A stretch of DNA of 64,000 nt. It comes from the human T2T-CHM13v2.0 reference genome, Homo sapiens. Positions 1 to 13,275 of this stretch are shown piece by piece (position 1 is the first letter of the stretch; every line of letters begins with the position of its first letter). The translations under genes and the position numbers were made by a program. The DNA is taken from the NCBI RefSeq assembly GCF_009914755.1, contig NC_060930.1; one strand, written 5' to 3'. The notes beneath the pieces are model-generated. The model saw only the letters and a list, made by a program, of their open reading frames with translations. It made no database searches and was not told where the DNA came from.

Positions 1-683
1 CCACAATTCCATTCCCACACTTATTCTCCCATTCCTTTTATAGGTACCCCCAGTCCATGCACACATGCCTTGAGAATTCCTCTGTGCCTCCTAAAAGCAC
101 CATCATTAGCATATTTCCCTACTCCTTAAATGGTTCACTTCCTTGACTTAGCTGCTCTAACTATGCCCTGATGACACTTCTTGCTGCAACCCTCAAAGTA
201 GAAGCTACTTTTGTTTCTCATATCCCAACTCCCAAAGGGCCTAGAAAAAGAGTAGGCATTCTGCTTAACTCTGCCTATTTTCTTGATAAAAATAACAATT
301 GGGTGGGAACTCCCTCATCTTCTCAACATACAATGTGCCAGCTCACCTGCATTGGACTGGTCTCTTCTGCCATGCTTCTGTCTCAGCAAGAGTGTTCCGG
401 CTCTGATGGGGACACCTTCCCTGCTTCTGCCTGGGATTCTGTCTTTTGTGCCTCCTCAAGGACTTTGCCTCCAATCTTTCCCTCTCCTTCTATATCATGA
501 CAAGCTGCTCCCCTGTCATCAGCACACAAATAGACTCTAATGTCCCCTATATTTAAACAGATACTCCCTTGACCCCGGGCCAAATCTCCACAGTTTCACA
601 ATTTCATAGCAAAATGACTTGCGTTATCTGTTCTCACTGTCTCCATAATTTATTTCTCTTAACTCTCACATATCTCACTTTCA

Positions 684-1148
<465 letters not shown>

Positions 1149-1674
1149 AAAACTGCCTGAGTCAAGGTTACTGATGACTTCCAGGTTGTCAAATCCAATG
1201 AGGTCTTCCCTGCTCTCAGCAGCCTTCAAGGTACTTTGTTCTCTTGGCTTCTAAAACACTACCTTCTAGTTTTCTTCCTTATGCACTGGATTTTTTTCTG
1301 TCTTTGTTATTAACTCCTTCTCCTATACCAATTGTATGACACATTCTCTATTTACACTAAAACCCTTGGTAATCCCATTTAATCCTTTGAGCTCCATGAC
1401 TTCCAAATTTACCTCTTCAGCCAAGATCTCTGAATGACAGGATTCCAAATGAAGGAATGCATTTGACATCACAAAGTTAACACATTCAAAACAGAACTTT
1501 TATTCTTTGGAACTAGTTAGAGGTGGAGGTTGCACAACATTTTAGATGTACTAAATGTCACTAAATGTTCACTTTAAAATAGTTTATTTTATGTTATATA
1601 AATTTGACTTCAATAAGAAAAAGAAAAAAGAAACAGAACTTGTGATTTCCTTCCTCACCTAAACCTGGTCCTCT

Positions 1675-2715
1675 TGATAGCAGCAGGAGGCAGACAAATT
1701 CTAGGCAGATGGGGTCGGTCCCCAGTGAAACCCGACCTTCAAGCTGAAGACAATTTAAAGCCTGGTTACCAGTCCCAGGCAAATCTACCAACCAGATTAA
1801 GAACCTGCCTTACCCTTTGGCATGCTTTCCTCTGATTGATCCTCACCTTTCATTTTACATATACCTACCCTTCCCTAATTGTTTTTTTAAACTGTCATGC
1901 CCATCTTTGAGTGGTGCCTTTGTTTTAACCATTTTTGCATAGTCACAAACCAATCATCATGAACTCACCCATCCTGAGCCCATAAAAGCCTTGGACTCAG
2001 CCACACAGGAAGAGAGACCACCTGACTTCAGGCAGTCTGACTTCATGTCCCCTCTCCGCTGAGAGCTGTTTCATCACTGAATAAAATTCTTTTCCACCCT
2101 TCGACTGTCATTTTTCTTGGATGTGAGACAAGAACTCAGGATCCACCAAACATGCGTACAAAAAAGGCAATAACACTGTAGCCCCCTGCCCTCCTCTGGT
2201 GAAGGGCAACCACCTTATGTGGTGGGAAACAGCAGCATGGCTGAGCCAGCCCTGGAGCCCTGGGCCAGAGTGGGGCGACAGGACTGACTGAGCTGTTAAC
2301 ATGCTACCATCCATCTGGCTGCAGACAGCAGGACTAAAAGAGCTAATTAGCATGCTGTAACCCCCCTTCTGGGGCTTCAAGGGTCACAGGCACCCCTATC
2401 TGGGCACCACCACACTCCCCTTGTCTGGACACTGCAGTCCACCGTGGGAGTTGCTTGCAACATGCCTGGTCCAGCCACAAGCCCTGCACGGACCCAGCTC
2501 CTGTGCCATTGCTTGGAATGGCCAGCCGGACCCTACATTTGCTCACTCGCACACCCCCTACCACCAGGGGCTGAGCGCACAGTTGCAGTGGCCACAGGAT
2601 CTGTGCCAGACTGCGAGCAAGGCGCAGCCTGGAGGGCCGAGTACTCGGGGTATCTCCTGTGGTGAGTGTGGGCCCAAGCAAGACTGGAAAAGTGGCCAAG
2701 AGAAATCCTGCATCA
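1675..2715 (+). mobile_element. ERV1 solo LTR (MER52/LTR27/LTR28-like group)
   Basis: TG...CA termini (tgatagcagcaggaggcagac ... aaatcctgcatca), near-perfect 4-bp TSD ctct/cttt, internal aataaa at ~2080. Confidence 0.8.
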
Positions 2716-3707
2716 CTTTCCTGGTATTCCTTGTCTCAATAAATGGCACAAGCACAGCCACCTTCCTCAACCTCCCGAATCCCCTTAATTTCAAATTGCG
2801 CACATGTGCTGTCACCTTCATCTCCAAAGCTCCTCTATAAGCATCTGCTCCTCTTCTTTGCTGTGGAGGCCTCTACCATCTACCCCTACAACTCTGACAG
2901 ATGCCCTGCTTCCACTCTTGTCTTTCTATAGCATGTTCTCTGTAGCAGTCAACAAGACATTTAAAAAATGTAAATCAAACCACATTACTTCCTGGGGTTC
3001 CCACAATACTTAAAATAAAAGCCAACTCCTGACCATGGCCTACAAAACCCTCTGCGATTTGACCCCTGCCTGCTGCTTCTCTGATCTAAACTCTTGGCCC
3101 TTTGCTCTTCCCCCAACTATGCCTAAATCACGCTGCTCATCTTTTTATCCTTGAAAATGCCAAGTTCATTTCTGCTTCTTTCGTTAACTTGTGTATCTTT
3201 CTTTCTCCTGCTAGAAGGTAAGCTATAGAAACAGGGACTTTACTGGTCTTGTTTAGCCTTGTGTCTCCAGTAACTAAAAAGTCCTAGACACATAATAGGT
3301 GCTAAATAAATAAGTGTTAAATAAACAAATTAGGTCCACACTCTTTCTGGCTTTGTTTTTTCTCAATAGCTTCAAAGATATTGTTCAAAGCCCTATTGTT
3401 TTTTTAAAAAGCTATAGAAACTAAAACAAAAGTGTAATTTCCAGATGGATTTGGGTTAAATCAAAAGTAATACAGACAAACATAAATAAATATACTAGAA
3501 GAAAATGCTAAATATATGTACAATTATTTAATGGTTGCAATTTTCCTCAGCAACAAAGGAAATTAAAGCTACTAAAGAATAGACAGGAATATTTATCTCT
3601 AATACACAGAAAATTTTATTATGCAGAATAAAACACACTTAAATTTTAAAAATTATATTGGGAAAAATATTCAGAGTATGTATGATAAGATTAAAAGTAA
3701 CACTTCT

Positions 3708-4001
3708 GGCCGGGCGCAGTGGTTCATGCCTGTAATTCTAGCACTTTGGGAGGCCAAAGCAGGCGGATCACTTGAGGTCAGGAGTTTGAGACCAGCCAGG
3801 CCAACATGGTGAAACCCCATGTCTATAAAAAATACAAAAAAAATTAGCTAGGTGTGGTGGTGGGCACCTGTAATCTCAGCTACTTGGGAGGCTGAGGCAG
3901 AAGATTTGCTTAAACTCAGGAGGTGGAGGTTGCAGTGAGCCAAGATCATGCCACACTCCAGCCTGAGTGACAGAATGAGACTCCATCTCAAAAAAAAAAA
4001 A
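3708..4001 (+). mobile_element. Alu (S/J type)
   Basis: Full dimer plus A-tail; TSD aaaagtaacacttct / aaaagtaacatttct. Confidence 0.95.
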
Positions 4002-4176
4002 AAAAGTAACATTTCTAATGTACAAGAAGTTTCTACTGTTGGTGTTATGTACATATAAGTTCACTATTTTACTTTATTTCTACTTTGATATATGTTTGAA
4101 ATTTATGTTAAAAAAAGAAAACAAACAGAATAAGAACAAGAAGGTATTTTACATTGAGATGATGGGTTTAGAAAAT

Positions 4177-5727
4177 TTTATTTTTATTTTTATTTTACTT
4201 TAAGTTCTGGGATACATGTGCAGAATGTGCAGGTTTGTTACGTAGGTATACATGTGCCATGGTGATTTACTGTACCTATCAACCCATCTTCTAGGTTTTA
4301 AGCCCCTAATCCCCACATGCATTATGTATTTCTCCTAATGCTCTCCCTCCCCTTGCCCCTCACCCCCCGACAGGCCTCACTGTGTGATGTTCCCTCCCTG
4401 TGTCCATGTGGTCTCATTGTTCAACTCCCACTTATGAGTGAGAGCATGCGGTGTTTGGTTTTCTGTTCCTGTGTTAGTTTGCTGAGGATGATGGTTTCCA
4501 GCTTCATCCATGTCCCTGCAAAGGACATGAACTCATTCTTTTATATGGCTGCATAGTATTCCATGGTTTATATGTGCCACATTTTCTTTATCCAGTTTTT
4601 CGTTGATGGGCATTTGGATTGGTTCCAAGTCTTTGCTATTGGAAATAGTGCTGCAAGCCATTGCTATTGTAAATAGTGCCTCAATAAACATATGTGTGCA
4701 TGTGTCTTTACAGTAGAATGACTTATAATCCTTTGGGTATATACCCAGTAATGGGATTGCTGGGTCAAATAGTATTTCTGGACATAGATCCTTGAGGAAT
4801 CACCACACTGTCTTCCACAATGGTTGAATTAATTTATACTCCCACCAACAGTGTAAAAGCCTTTCTACTTCTCCACATCCTCACCAGCATCTGTTGTTTC
4901 CAGACTTTTTAATGGTCACCATGCTAACTGGCATGAGATGGTATCTCATTGTGGTTTTGATTTGCATTTCTCTAATGACCAGTGATGATGAGGTTTTTCT
5001 CATAGTGTGTTGGCTAAATAAACGTCTTCTTTTGAGAAGTGTCTGTTCATATCCTTCACCCACTTTTTGATGAGGTTGTTTTTTTCTTGTAAATTTGTTT
5101 AAGTCCCTTGTAGATTCTGGATATTAGTCCTTTGTCAGACAGATAGATTGCAAACATTTTCTCCTATTCTGTAGGTTGCCTGTTCATTCTTATGATAGTT
5201 TCTTTTGCTGTGCAGAAGCTCTTTAGTTTATTATATACCATTTGTCAATTTTGGCTTTTGGTGCTATTGCTTTTGGTGTTTCAGTCATGAAGTCTTTGCC
5301 CATGCCTATGTCCTGAATGGTATTGACTAGGTTTTCTTCTAGGGTTTTTATGGTTTTAGGTTTCATGTTTAAGTCTTTAATCCATCCTGAGTTAATTTCT
5401 GTATAAGGTATAAGAAAGGGGTCTGGCATATGGCTAGCCGGTTTTCCCAGCACCATTTATTAAATAGGGAATCTTTTCCCCCATTGCTTGTTTTTGTCAG
5501 GTTTGTCAAAGATCAAATGGTTGTAGATGTGTGGTGGTATTTCTGAGGCCTCTGTTCTGTTGCATTGTTCTATATATCTGTTTCTGTACTAGTACCATGC
5601 TGTTTTGTTACTGTAGCCTTGTAGTATAGTTTGAAGTCAGGTAGCATGATGCCTCCAGCTTTGTTCTTTTTGCTTAGGATTGTCTTGGGTATACGGGCCC
5701 TTTTTTGGTTTCATATGAAATTTAAAA
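4177..5727 (-). mobile_element. 5'-truncated L1PA7/8-like LINE-1 (3' ORF2 plus 3' UTR)
   Basis: T-rich tail at left, L1 3' UTR, ORF-track ORF2 fragments ([23 protein letters not shown]); approximate TSD agaaaattttat/agaaatttttat. Confidence 0.93.
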
Positions 5728-6229
5728 GAAATTTTTATGATGTCTTCCAAGTCATTGACTAGAGCTAGAGAAATGGGGCTTGGGAGATGATGGCTAAGGA
5801 TTTCTTTTGGGGGTAATTATAATGTTCCAAAATTGATAGTGGTGATAGATATATATCTATAGTAACTCTGTAAGTATACTAAAAGCCATTGAATTGTACA
5901 CTTTAAGTGGTTGAATGGTATTATATGTGAATTAATATCTCAATGAAGGTATTTTAAAAGGAAAAAAAAGAAGCTCCTACTAATTATCAAGAAAATGATA
6001 TACAACTCAAAATAAGCAAAATATGAACAAGCACTTCATAGAAAAGGTGATTCTGGTGGCAGATAACCTAGAAAGACGTTCATCTTCCCCTGCACTCATG
6101 AAAATATAAAAAGTAACAATGAATGGCCTGTTTTTTTACCTGTCAAATGAACAATACTTACAAAAAGTTTTACAGAGGGATCCAGGCTGGAAAAGATTCA
6201 GGAAAAAAGTTCTCTTGTGTTCATTGATA

Positions 6230-6675
6230 ATGGGATTTGGGGTATATGTGCTCTCCACCCCTCAAATCTGTGCCAGCCTTAAGTGACTTGCTTGACAAAC
6301 AGAAAATGGAGGAAGTGACTATATGGGGGTTTCAAGGCTGGGTTTCATTAAGCCTGGCTGCTTCCACCTGAGCTCTGGGACTGCCACATTGGAGAGACCT
6401 CTGTTTTGGAGGTGACACAGAGGTCCTGAGAATACATGGACAGAGAAAGCTGTCTGGCCAGCCCTCAACTGTTTTACCCACAGCCATCGCTGTTTTACCC
6501 CCAGCCATCCATGCCATCCCTCTCTGGGCCCAGACACTATGTAGAGCCCAAAACAAACCATTCCCCAATTAATTCTGCTCCAAAAGAAGATTCACTGGGA
6601 AAGTCCTTAATTGATTGTTGCTTTTAGCCGCTGCTTTAGGGTAGTTTTTTATGTAGCAATGAGTAGCCAAAACAA
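6230..6675 (+). mobile_element. MLT1 (H/J-like) MaLR LTR
   Basis: Typical 3' end gattgttgcttttagccgctgctttagggtagttttttatgtagcaatgagtagccaaaaca. Confidence 0.6.
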
Positions 6676-7289
6676 GACTGACTTGCTACAACCATTACAT
6701 AAAGTAACCTGGTAACACTTTAAAATTAAAAGCATAACATCCTTCATAGGAGAAATACTACTCCTTGAAATCTATCTCAAAGAAATAAAAGCATCAGTAC
6801 ATAGGATGCTTATTGAAGCACTTTTGTTGCAGAGAAAAGCACAATATAGGAAAGAGATGTAGTCCATCATTAAAGGAATATTGAATATATTACAATCATG
6901 TTTTTAAAAAGGAACAGAGTGAAGTTAGTTGTCTTGGACAGATTTCCACAAAGTAAAAGAGAAAGCAAAATGCAGAAAAGCATGGGAAACAGAATCTTGT
7001 TCTTGTAAAACAAAGAAAGAAGGAAAAAGCCCCCAAACATACATCTGCCTACCCTATTTCATTAAATCTCAGATGGTAAGAAATTGCAGTTTCAGAGATG
7101 TTAAAATGTGAAAAAAATGACGTCTCAGATTTGACGTAATACAGTCTGTATGCATAGTACATCGACCAAATAAAAGCCAAAAGAGACACAACAGTTTACT
7201 AACTTAGCTTGAGAAGCCTCGTGTTTAAAGGATGAGAAAGTCCATAGGGAGACTAACAAAAAAGAAAAAAAAAAAGGCTGAACGTAAAA

Positions 7290-7291
<2 letters not shown>

Positions 7292-7328
<37 letters not shown>
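7292..7328. repeat. (CA)n microsatellite
   Basis: About 18 perfect CA units. Confidence 0.98.
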
Positions 7329-7331
<3 letters not shown>

Positions 7332-8263
7332 ATAATGTTTCATTTCTGTGAAATACATGTGTTTACAAGAAACTATACTGAAAAAGAGATATGTCTAAGA
7401 TTAACTTGTATGAATGTCCATGAGAAATTCTCCAAAATTCTCCAAAATAAATTCTCCAAAATAAATGAACACAGTATGATTCTATCTGGATAAAAAAAAA
7501 CAAAACACCTGCATATGCTCATATTGTTATGGGCATGAAGAAGATTATGGAAGATTATACTTTAGATTGGGCATAATTATTCTTTATATAGTCCCACTAT
7601 AGATAAGCATTATTACTTTGTGATTTTATGAAACTAAATAAAATAAAAATAGACAAAAATTGAGGCATCTTGGACATCTTGCCATATAGCTAAAATACAT
7701 TCGATTTTTTCATTTGTGTTACAATTGTTTCTGCCAAAAACCATTATTATCATCTCAGGACCATAATAAAGGAGGAAGAGATCTGCTAATTCCTCAGTGA
7801 TCAATGACAAAATTCAACGAGGCACTCCCCATGGTTTATATATCTTAATGTATTGTCAACATTCTTGTCACCCTAATTACTCAGTTCAAACATTTTTTAA
7901 ACACTGCTATTGATCATGCAAAAACTAAAGGCTTTATTCAGATCATATAGAAAAAAAATAGTTCCATGTTACTATAAAGAAGAGACTAACATGGAAGTAA
8001 ATCTGCCCCAGGTGTAACTTAATATTTTGTTTCCTGCATTGGGAGGTCACTAAAAGGCCGCTAAAACTAGAGTCGATTGAGGCTGATTCTCGGTTGTCTA
8101 GCTTTCCTGCTCTGTGTGCCGCGGGCAAATCTTTGCTCTCTGAGAAGCTCAGTGGGCCCCATCATAAAAGGACAATGAAAATCCTAGCCACACCTATTGA
8201 AGTGATCATTATGAAGACTAAATGTGAAAATTGTGAAAATGTGGGTGAAAACATCTTTAATAA

Positions 8264-8603
<340 letters not shown>

Positions 8604-8795
8604 CCCAAGAGTCTTATTAAGCAGATAGTGGGAAGAGAAAAGGAGTGAGAATCAGAGACCAAAGTGTTTTCTCAGCCACTGTCTCACTGGGTGACTGTGG
8701 CCATCTCAGGTCACCTTTTGTGGACTTGATTTCTTCAGCTATAAAATAAGGGGTTGTTCCGATGATCTCTTCTAGTACCTTACTTCTAATATTTA

Positions 8796-8858
8796 TATTA
8801 GGTTGGTGCCATTAAAAGTAATGGCAACAACCATGATTACTTTTGCACCAATCTAATA
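8796..8858. mobile_element. MADE1 mariner MITE, internally deleted
   Basis: ta-ttaggttggtgc ... ttacttttgcaccaatctaa-ta; about 21 bp of the left arm missing. Confidence 0.88.
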
Positions 8859-9610
8859 GAAAAAATTCAATTCTCAAATCTGTAAGTTTAGAAAATTTTT
8901 ACTATTTGTACATTTGTATTTCCTTTTGGGAAGAAAAGAATTCTTAAATTCTTTAACCATCCCCGTAAATCTAAATATTACTTTAGTTGAATGTACTTTA
9001 TGCACATAAAGTCACCAAAACTATTTCTTGATTACTAAATGATGATGAAAAGTATTTCACAAGGTCCAGATAACAAATGAAGACAAATGTTTCCATAATC
9101 CTCTTTCCTTGAAAGTACATAACCTTCATTTATCTTCAGGGATGACATCTATTCCTTTAAAAATATTTCCTTTATTAGATGCATTTTAGTGTCTGTCGGT
9201 GCCTCTTCATGATTCTTACATCTATTATAAACTGCTGAGCCCTCAAATCTCTCAGCTGAGATGCGGTTCTGCTGACTTCCCGCATTCCTGTTGCTGATTG
9301 ATGGGCTTCTTCCTAATGGAGCTGCCAAAAGATCAAAATGCACAAATTGTACTTTGCCCCTATTAGGACTGTGGTCCAATGGAACTCTTGTCAAATACTT
9401 TAATTCACACCTGCCTCTGCCCACTGAAATGCAGGTTTTATTTTATAATAAATAACATGTTTTTATATGAATATAGACTATTGCATTTGTGCTAACTTCT
9501 GAGTTTTTTCATCTTGTTTTGTTTGTAACTAATTCAGCATCTTTCTTGACACAGCCTTGTGTATATCACTCATCTGTCAAATACATCCAATGGCTCAGGC
9601 CAGATACCTC

Positions 9611-10082
9611 TGTGATCGTTAGTTTTGTGTGTCAATTTCACTGGGTGACAGGGTGCCCAGATATTTGGCCAAACATTATTCTGGGTGTGTCTGTGAAGGT
9701 GTTTCTGGATAAGATATATATTTGAATTGGCAGATTGAGTAAAGCAGATTGGGTCTCATCTGATCAATTGAAGACCCAAATAGAACAAAAAGGCTGAGAA
9801 CGAGAGAGCTTCAAGCCTCACCACTTGAGCTGAGACATTGGTCTTCTGCCCTGGAACTGGAACTTACCCCATCAGCTCTTCTTGTTCCCAGGCCTTTGGA
9901 TTCAAGCTGGAACTAAAACACCAGCTTTCCTGGGAATTCAGTTTATAGACTGCAGATCCTGGGTCTTCCTAGCCTCTATAATTCTGTGGTCAATCTTTAT
10001 AATACATTTTATTTATTTATTTATATATATATGTATATATATAATCTCCTATTTTTTGTTTTTATGGAGAACCCTAAGACAA
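9611..10082 (+). mobile_element. MLT2 (D-like) ERVL LTR
   Basis: tgtgatcgttagttttgtgtgtcaa...ggtgcccagatatttggccaaacattattctgg start; ...tggagaaccctaagaca end. Confidence 0.85.
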
Positions 10083-10653
10083 CCTCCACCCAGGTTTCAA
10101 GGTCTTCCTTAATTCAACCCCACCCTAACATCCAGTCTCATTTCAAAAGATTAATATTACTATATGAACAGTTTACAGCATGCCAAGCGCTGTGCTAAGG
10201 GCTTTATATGCATCATCTCAATTAATCTGTATAACAGTACCCTGAGGTAGGCCTATTTTTATTTCCCTTAAGAGATAAGAACACTTAGCCTCTGAATAAT
10301 TCTGGGAATTTAGCCCAAGCCTGCCTGACTCCTAAATCTGTATTATTAGTCTGAGTCTATGCTATCTCCGCAACCTGACAAATGAGCCCTTCTACAATCA
10401 TTTGGCTGAAACTTTCAGTTCGTTTTGGTCTCCATGTCTTAGAAAGGTAATTATTTCTAAACTTTGTTGCATAACAGAATGACCTGGGGGATTTTTTTTT
10501 TTTTTTTTTAATATCTAAGGTGCTCAGCTCTAACATTCAGAGCCGCAGTTGTTCTGTGGTGTGGTTCAGGAATCAGTCTTTTAAAGTTCCCAGGTGATTC
10601 TAGCAGGCCAGACTGCAAGTCAATATTGGGAATAAGGGCCTTAGGGGTTAGAC

Positions 10654-10843
10654 CAGTGGTTCTCAATCTTTAACCTGTATCAGAATCACCTGGAGGTCCT
10701 GTTAAAACACAGGCTGCTGAGTCCTGCCTCTCAAAGTTTCTAATTCAGTAGATTTGGGATAGGGTCCAATAATCTGCATTTGTGATAAGTTTCCATGTAA
10801 TCCTACTACCAGTAGTCCAGGGACCACACTTTGAGAACCACTG
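10654..10843. mobile_element. MER5A hAT-Charlie MITE (a second, more degraded copy lies at ~10450-10630)
   Basis: TIRs cagtggttctcaa / ttgagaaccactg; internal atcagaatcacctgga. Confidence 0.88.
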
Positions 10844-10948
10844 GGTAAAGCTCTTCTCCTTGCTTTAAATATGTTCTTTGTACCTTCCTCAAATCCAAAT
10901 TTCTGCTTATCCTTAAAGCCAACTTCTCCATAAGGCCAGCCCACTTTG

Positions 10949-11456
10949 GAACTTCCGCTCCTTCCTCTTCCGCTTCCTGCAGCCTCTATTTACCCCGTGT
11001 CATCCAAGCTGGCAGGTTCTGGCAGCCCAGGTGAACAATGCATTCTGGCTGTTTTTGTTCTTTCCTGTGATAGCAGGATGTCTAACTTCACAGTTAAAAA
11101 GCCCGATAAATCTGTTTAGGAGCTGCCTGGTATGTCGATGTGTACACATGCTCTCAGCCACAGCGGAACCCCCCCTTCCTCTTCTCCCATTTATCTGCCC
11201 CAGTCTCTCTGAGGATGCTATGAAGGCTGTCTGGACGTGGCTCAGAAAACTGCTGTGAAGACCGCAGGGAGCACAGGACGGCCGAGTCCCCAGCGCTGCC
11301 TGTGCCAGGCCTGGCCCACCTGCTGCTGGCACTAGGGACTCAGCACTTTGCGGAAGCTTGGGTATGACAGCCCTCAGTCGACGTCCCCACTGGCTAATTT
11401 CCACACTCTGAACCAGACCCCTCTCCCTGGGAGCGAGGAGTGAACCACAGGTATGC
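10949..11456 (+). promoter_or_regulatory. Candidate ETS-site promoter/enhancer with a possible first exon
   Basis: Four TTCC (GGAA on minus) cores in 10951-10980, locally CpG-richer unique DNA, donor-like CAG|GTATGC at 11450/11451. Confidence 0.35.
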
Positions 11457-11645
11457 TCCATGTGACAGAATATTGTGTGTCCTGACCCTCAACCCTGAAA
11501 CTTTTAGGCTGTGACTGATACTTCACTTAGGGTGCATTCTTTCTTACAAGCCACGTTGGTCCCTCTTGCTAATAGAATTCCTGAAAAGACCACCCCACTA
11601 ATTCTCCAAACCCAGCTACGCATGTCTGAATCAGAGGATGAATAA

Positions 11646-11963
<318 letters not shown>

Positions 11964-13159
11964 CAGCTTAGGCTCTTGACGGGACTCAAACCACACATAA
12001 CGCTTCAGAGTGACTCTTTCAAAAGAAAAGAAAATTCCTTGAAGTTAGAGATTATTCTTTGTAGTGTAAACTTTTTGCTCCTTACATTTGGCCTACAATG
12101 CCAAGAATAACATTAAAAGGTGTGAAGTCATCTCATAATCTGTCCCCAGTTTACACCCCAGCCCTCCAACACCTTCCATTACTTTCCCTCCTCCACTCCC
12201 CAAAATCACTGCACTTTTCTAATCCTTCTCTTCCAAGGCCAACTCAAATGCCTTTACCTTTATGACACTGGCTCCCCATCCCACACCCAACAGATTTCTT
12301 TGCTCCTTGGTCATCAGTTTGGGAGCCTCCTCTATCACTTGGAGCCCAACCTCTTTCTACCCTTCCTCTCCCAACCCACCCTCAACCTCTGCAGACCACG
12401 CCTGCCCCACAAAGGAGGCTATAAAGACTGGTCTCGACTCTCAGGCCAGGCTCCATCCTCCTCCTCTCTGAGGTCCTGGGAATGAGCCTATAGCTCAGAG
12501 ACTTGAGGGTGCAGGCAGGGGATTGTCCCAAGCCAGGGAGAATCTCCACTCTCCTACTTGAGGCCATTGCCTCAAAAGAACTCTTTGGCTCCCTTTGCCA
12601 ATTGCTAGCCCCTAGAGGCAGAGCCTTCATTCTGGATCAGATGTTTTGCTCTCCACTGCCTTTCAGACCCTTCTTAGGTCCCATGACAGACTTCATTGAT
12701 CAGGAACCCAAACCTCGAAATCCCCAAACCAAAGGTCATCCCTGTGCCCCTCACCACTGACTTCAATTTAGTTTCATAATTAAAGACATTTAAAATTAGT
12801 TTTGCATGGATCTTACCAACACAGTTCAATCCATATTCTTTCTGCTTATATAAACATACAACATACATGTGTATGGCTATGTCAATGTATGTCCAACAGC
12901 CAAGAGTTTAGTGTTTGGGTTATTCATATCAGCAGTAGATAGAATATGGTAAGTCTTTCTTTTAAATTGAATTGGGTTTGCATAACTTGTGAACCCTCTT
13001 CCTTTACATCATTCTTGACCCAACTATTGCCCTTTTGTTCCTAGGCTAGTAACTGTGTCCAGTCCTTAGACTTATGCTGTGTACTTTTCTGTTGTCTTTC
13101 CTCCTCTATCACCAAGCTTTGAAGTCTCTTCAGATTTTAGGTCTCTATTTGTTCTGCAA

Positions 13160-13275
13160 TTATTATTTGAGATGAAGTCTCACTCTGTCACACAGGCTGG
13201 AGTGCAGTGACGTGATCTTGGCTCATGGCAACATCTGGCTCCTGGGCTCAAGTGATCCTCTCACCTCAGCCTCCA
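13160..13275 (-). mobile_element. Partial old Alu (J/FRAM right-arm fragment)
   Basis: tttgagatgaagtctcactctgtcacacaggctggagtgcagt...tcagcctcc. Confidence 0.85.

Larger units (their letters stand above)
5750..7660 (+). mobile_element. Old L1M (L1ME/MC-type) fragments, interrupted by an MLT1 LTR
   Basis: Degraded A-rich L1 3' text (aaaagccattgaattgtacactttaa; gaacacagtatgattctat). Confidence 0.5.

Noticed and set aside
2108-2840. Several overlapping 70-139 aa ORFs
   Set aside because: GC-rich LTR sequence with no gag/pol/env motifs
11000-11461. 153-aa minus-strand ORF in unique DNA
   Set aside because: No recognisable domain or family; such lengths arise by chance in GC-richer DNA; would need PhyloCSF or Ribo-seq support
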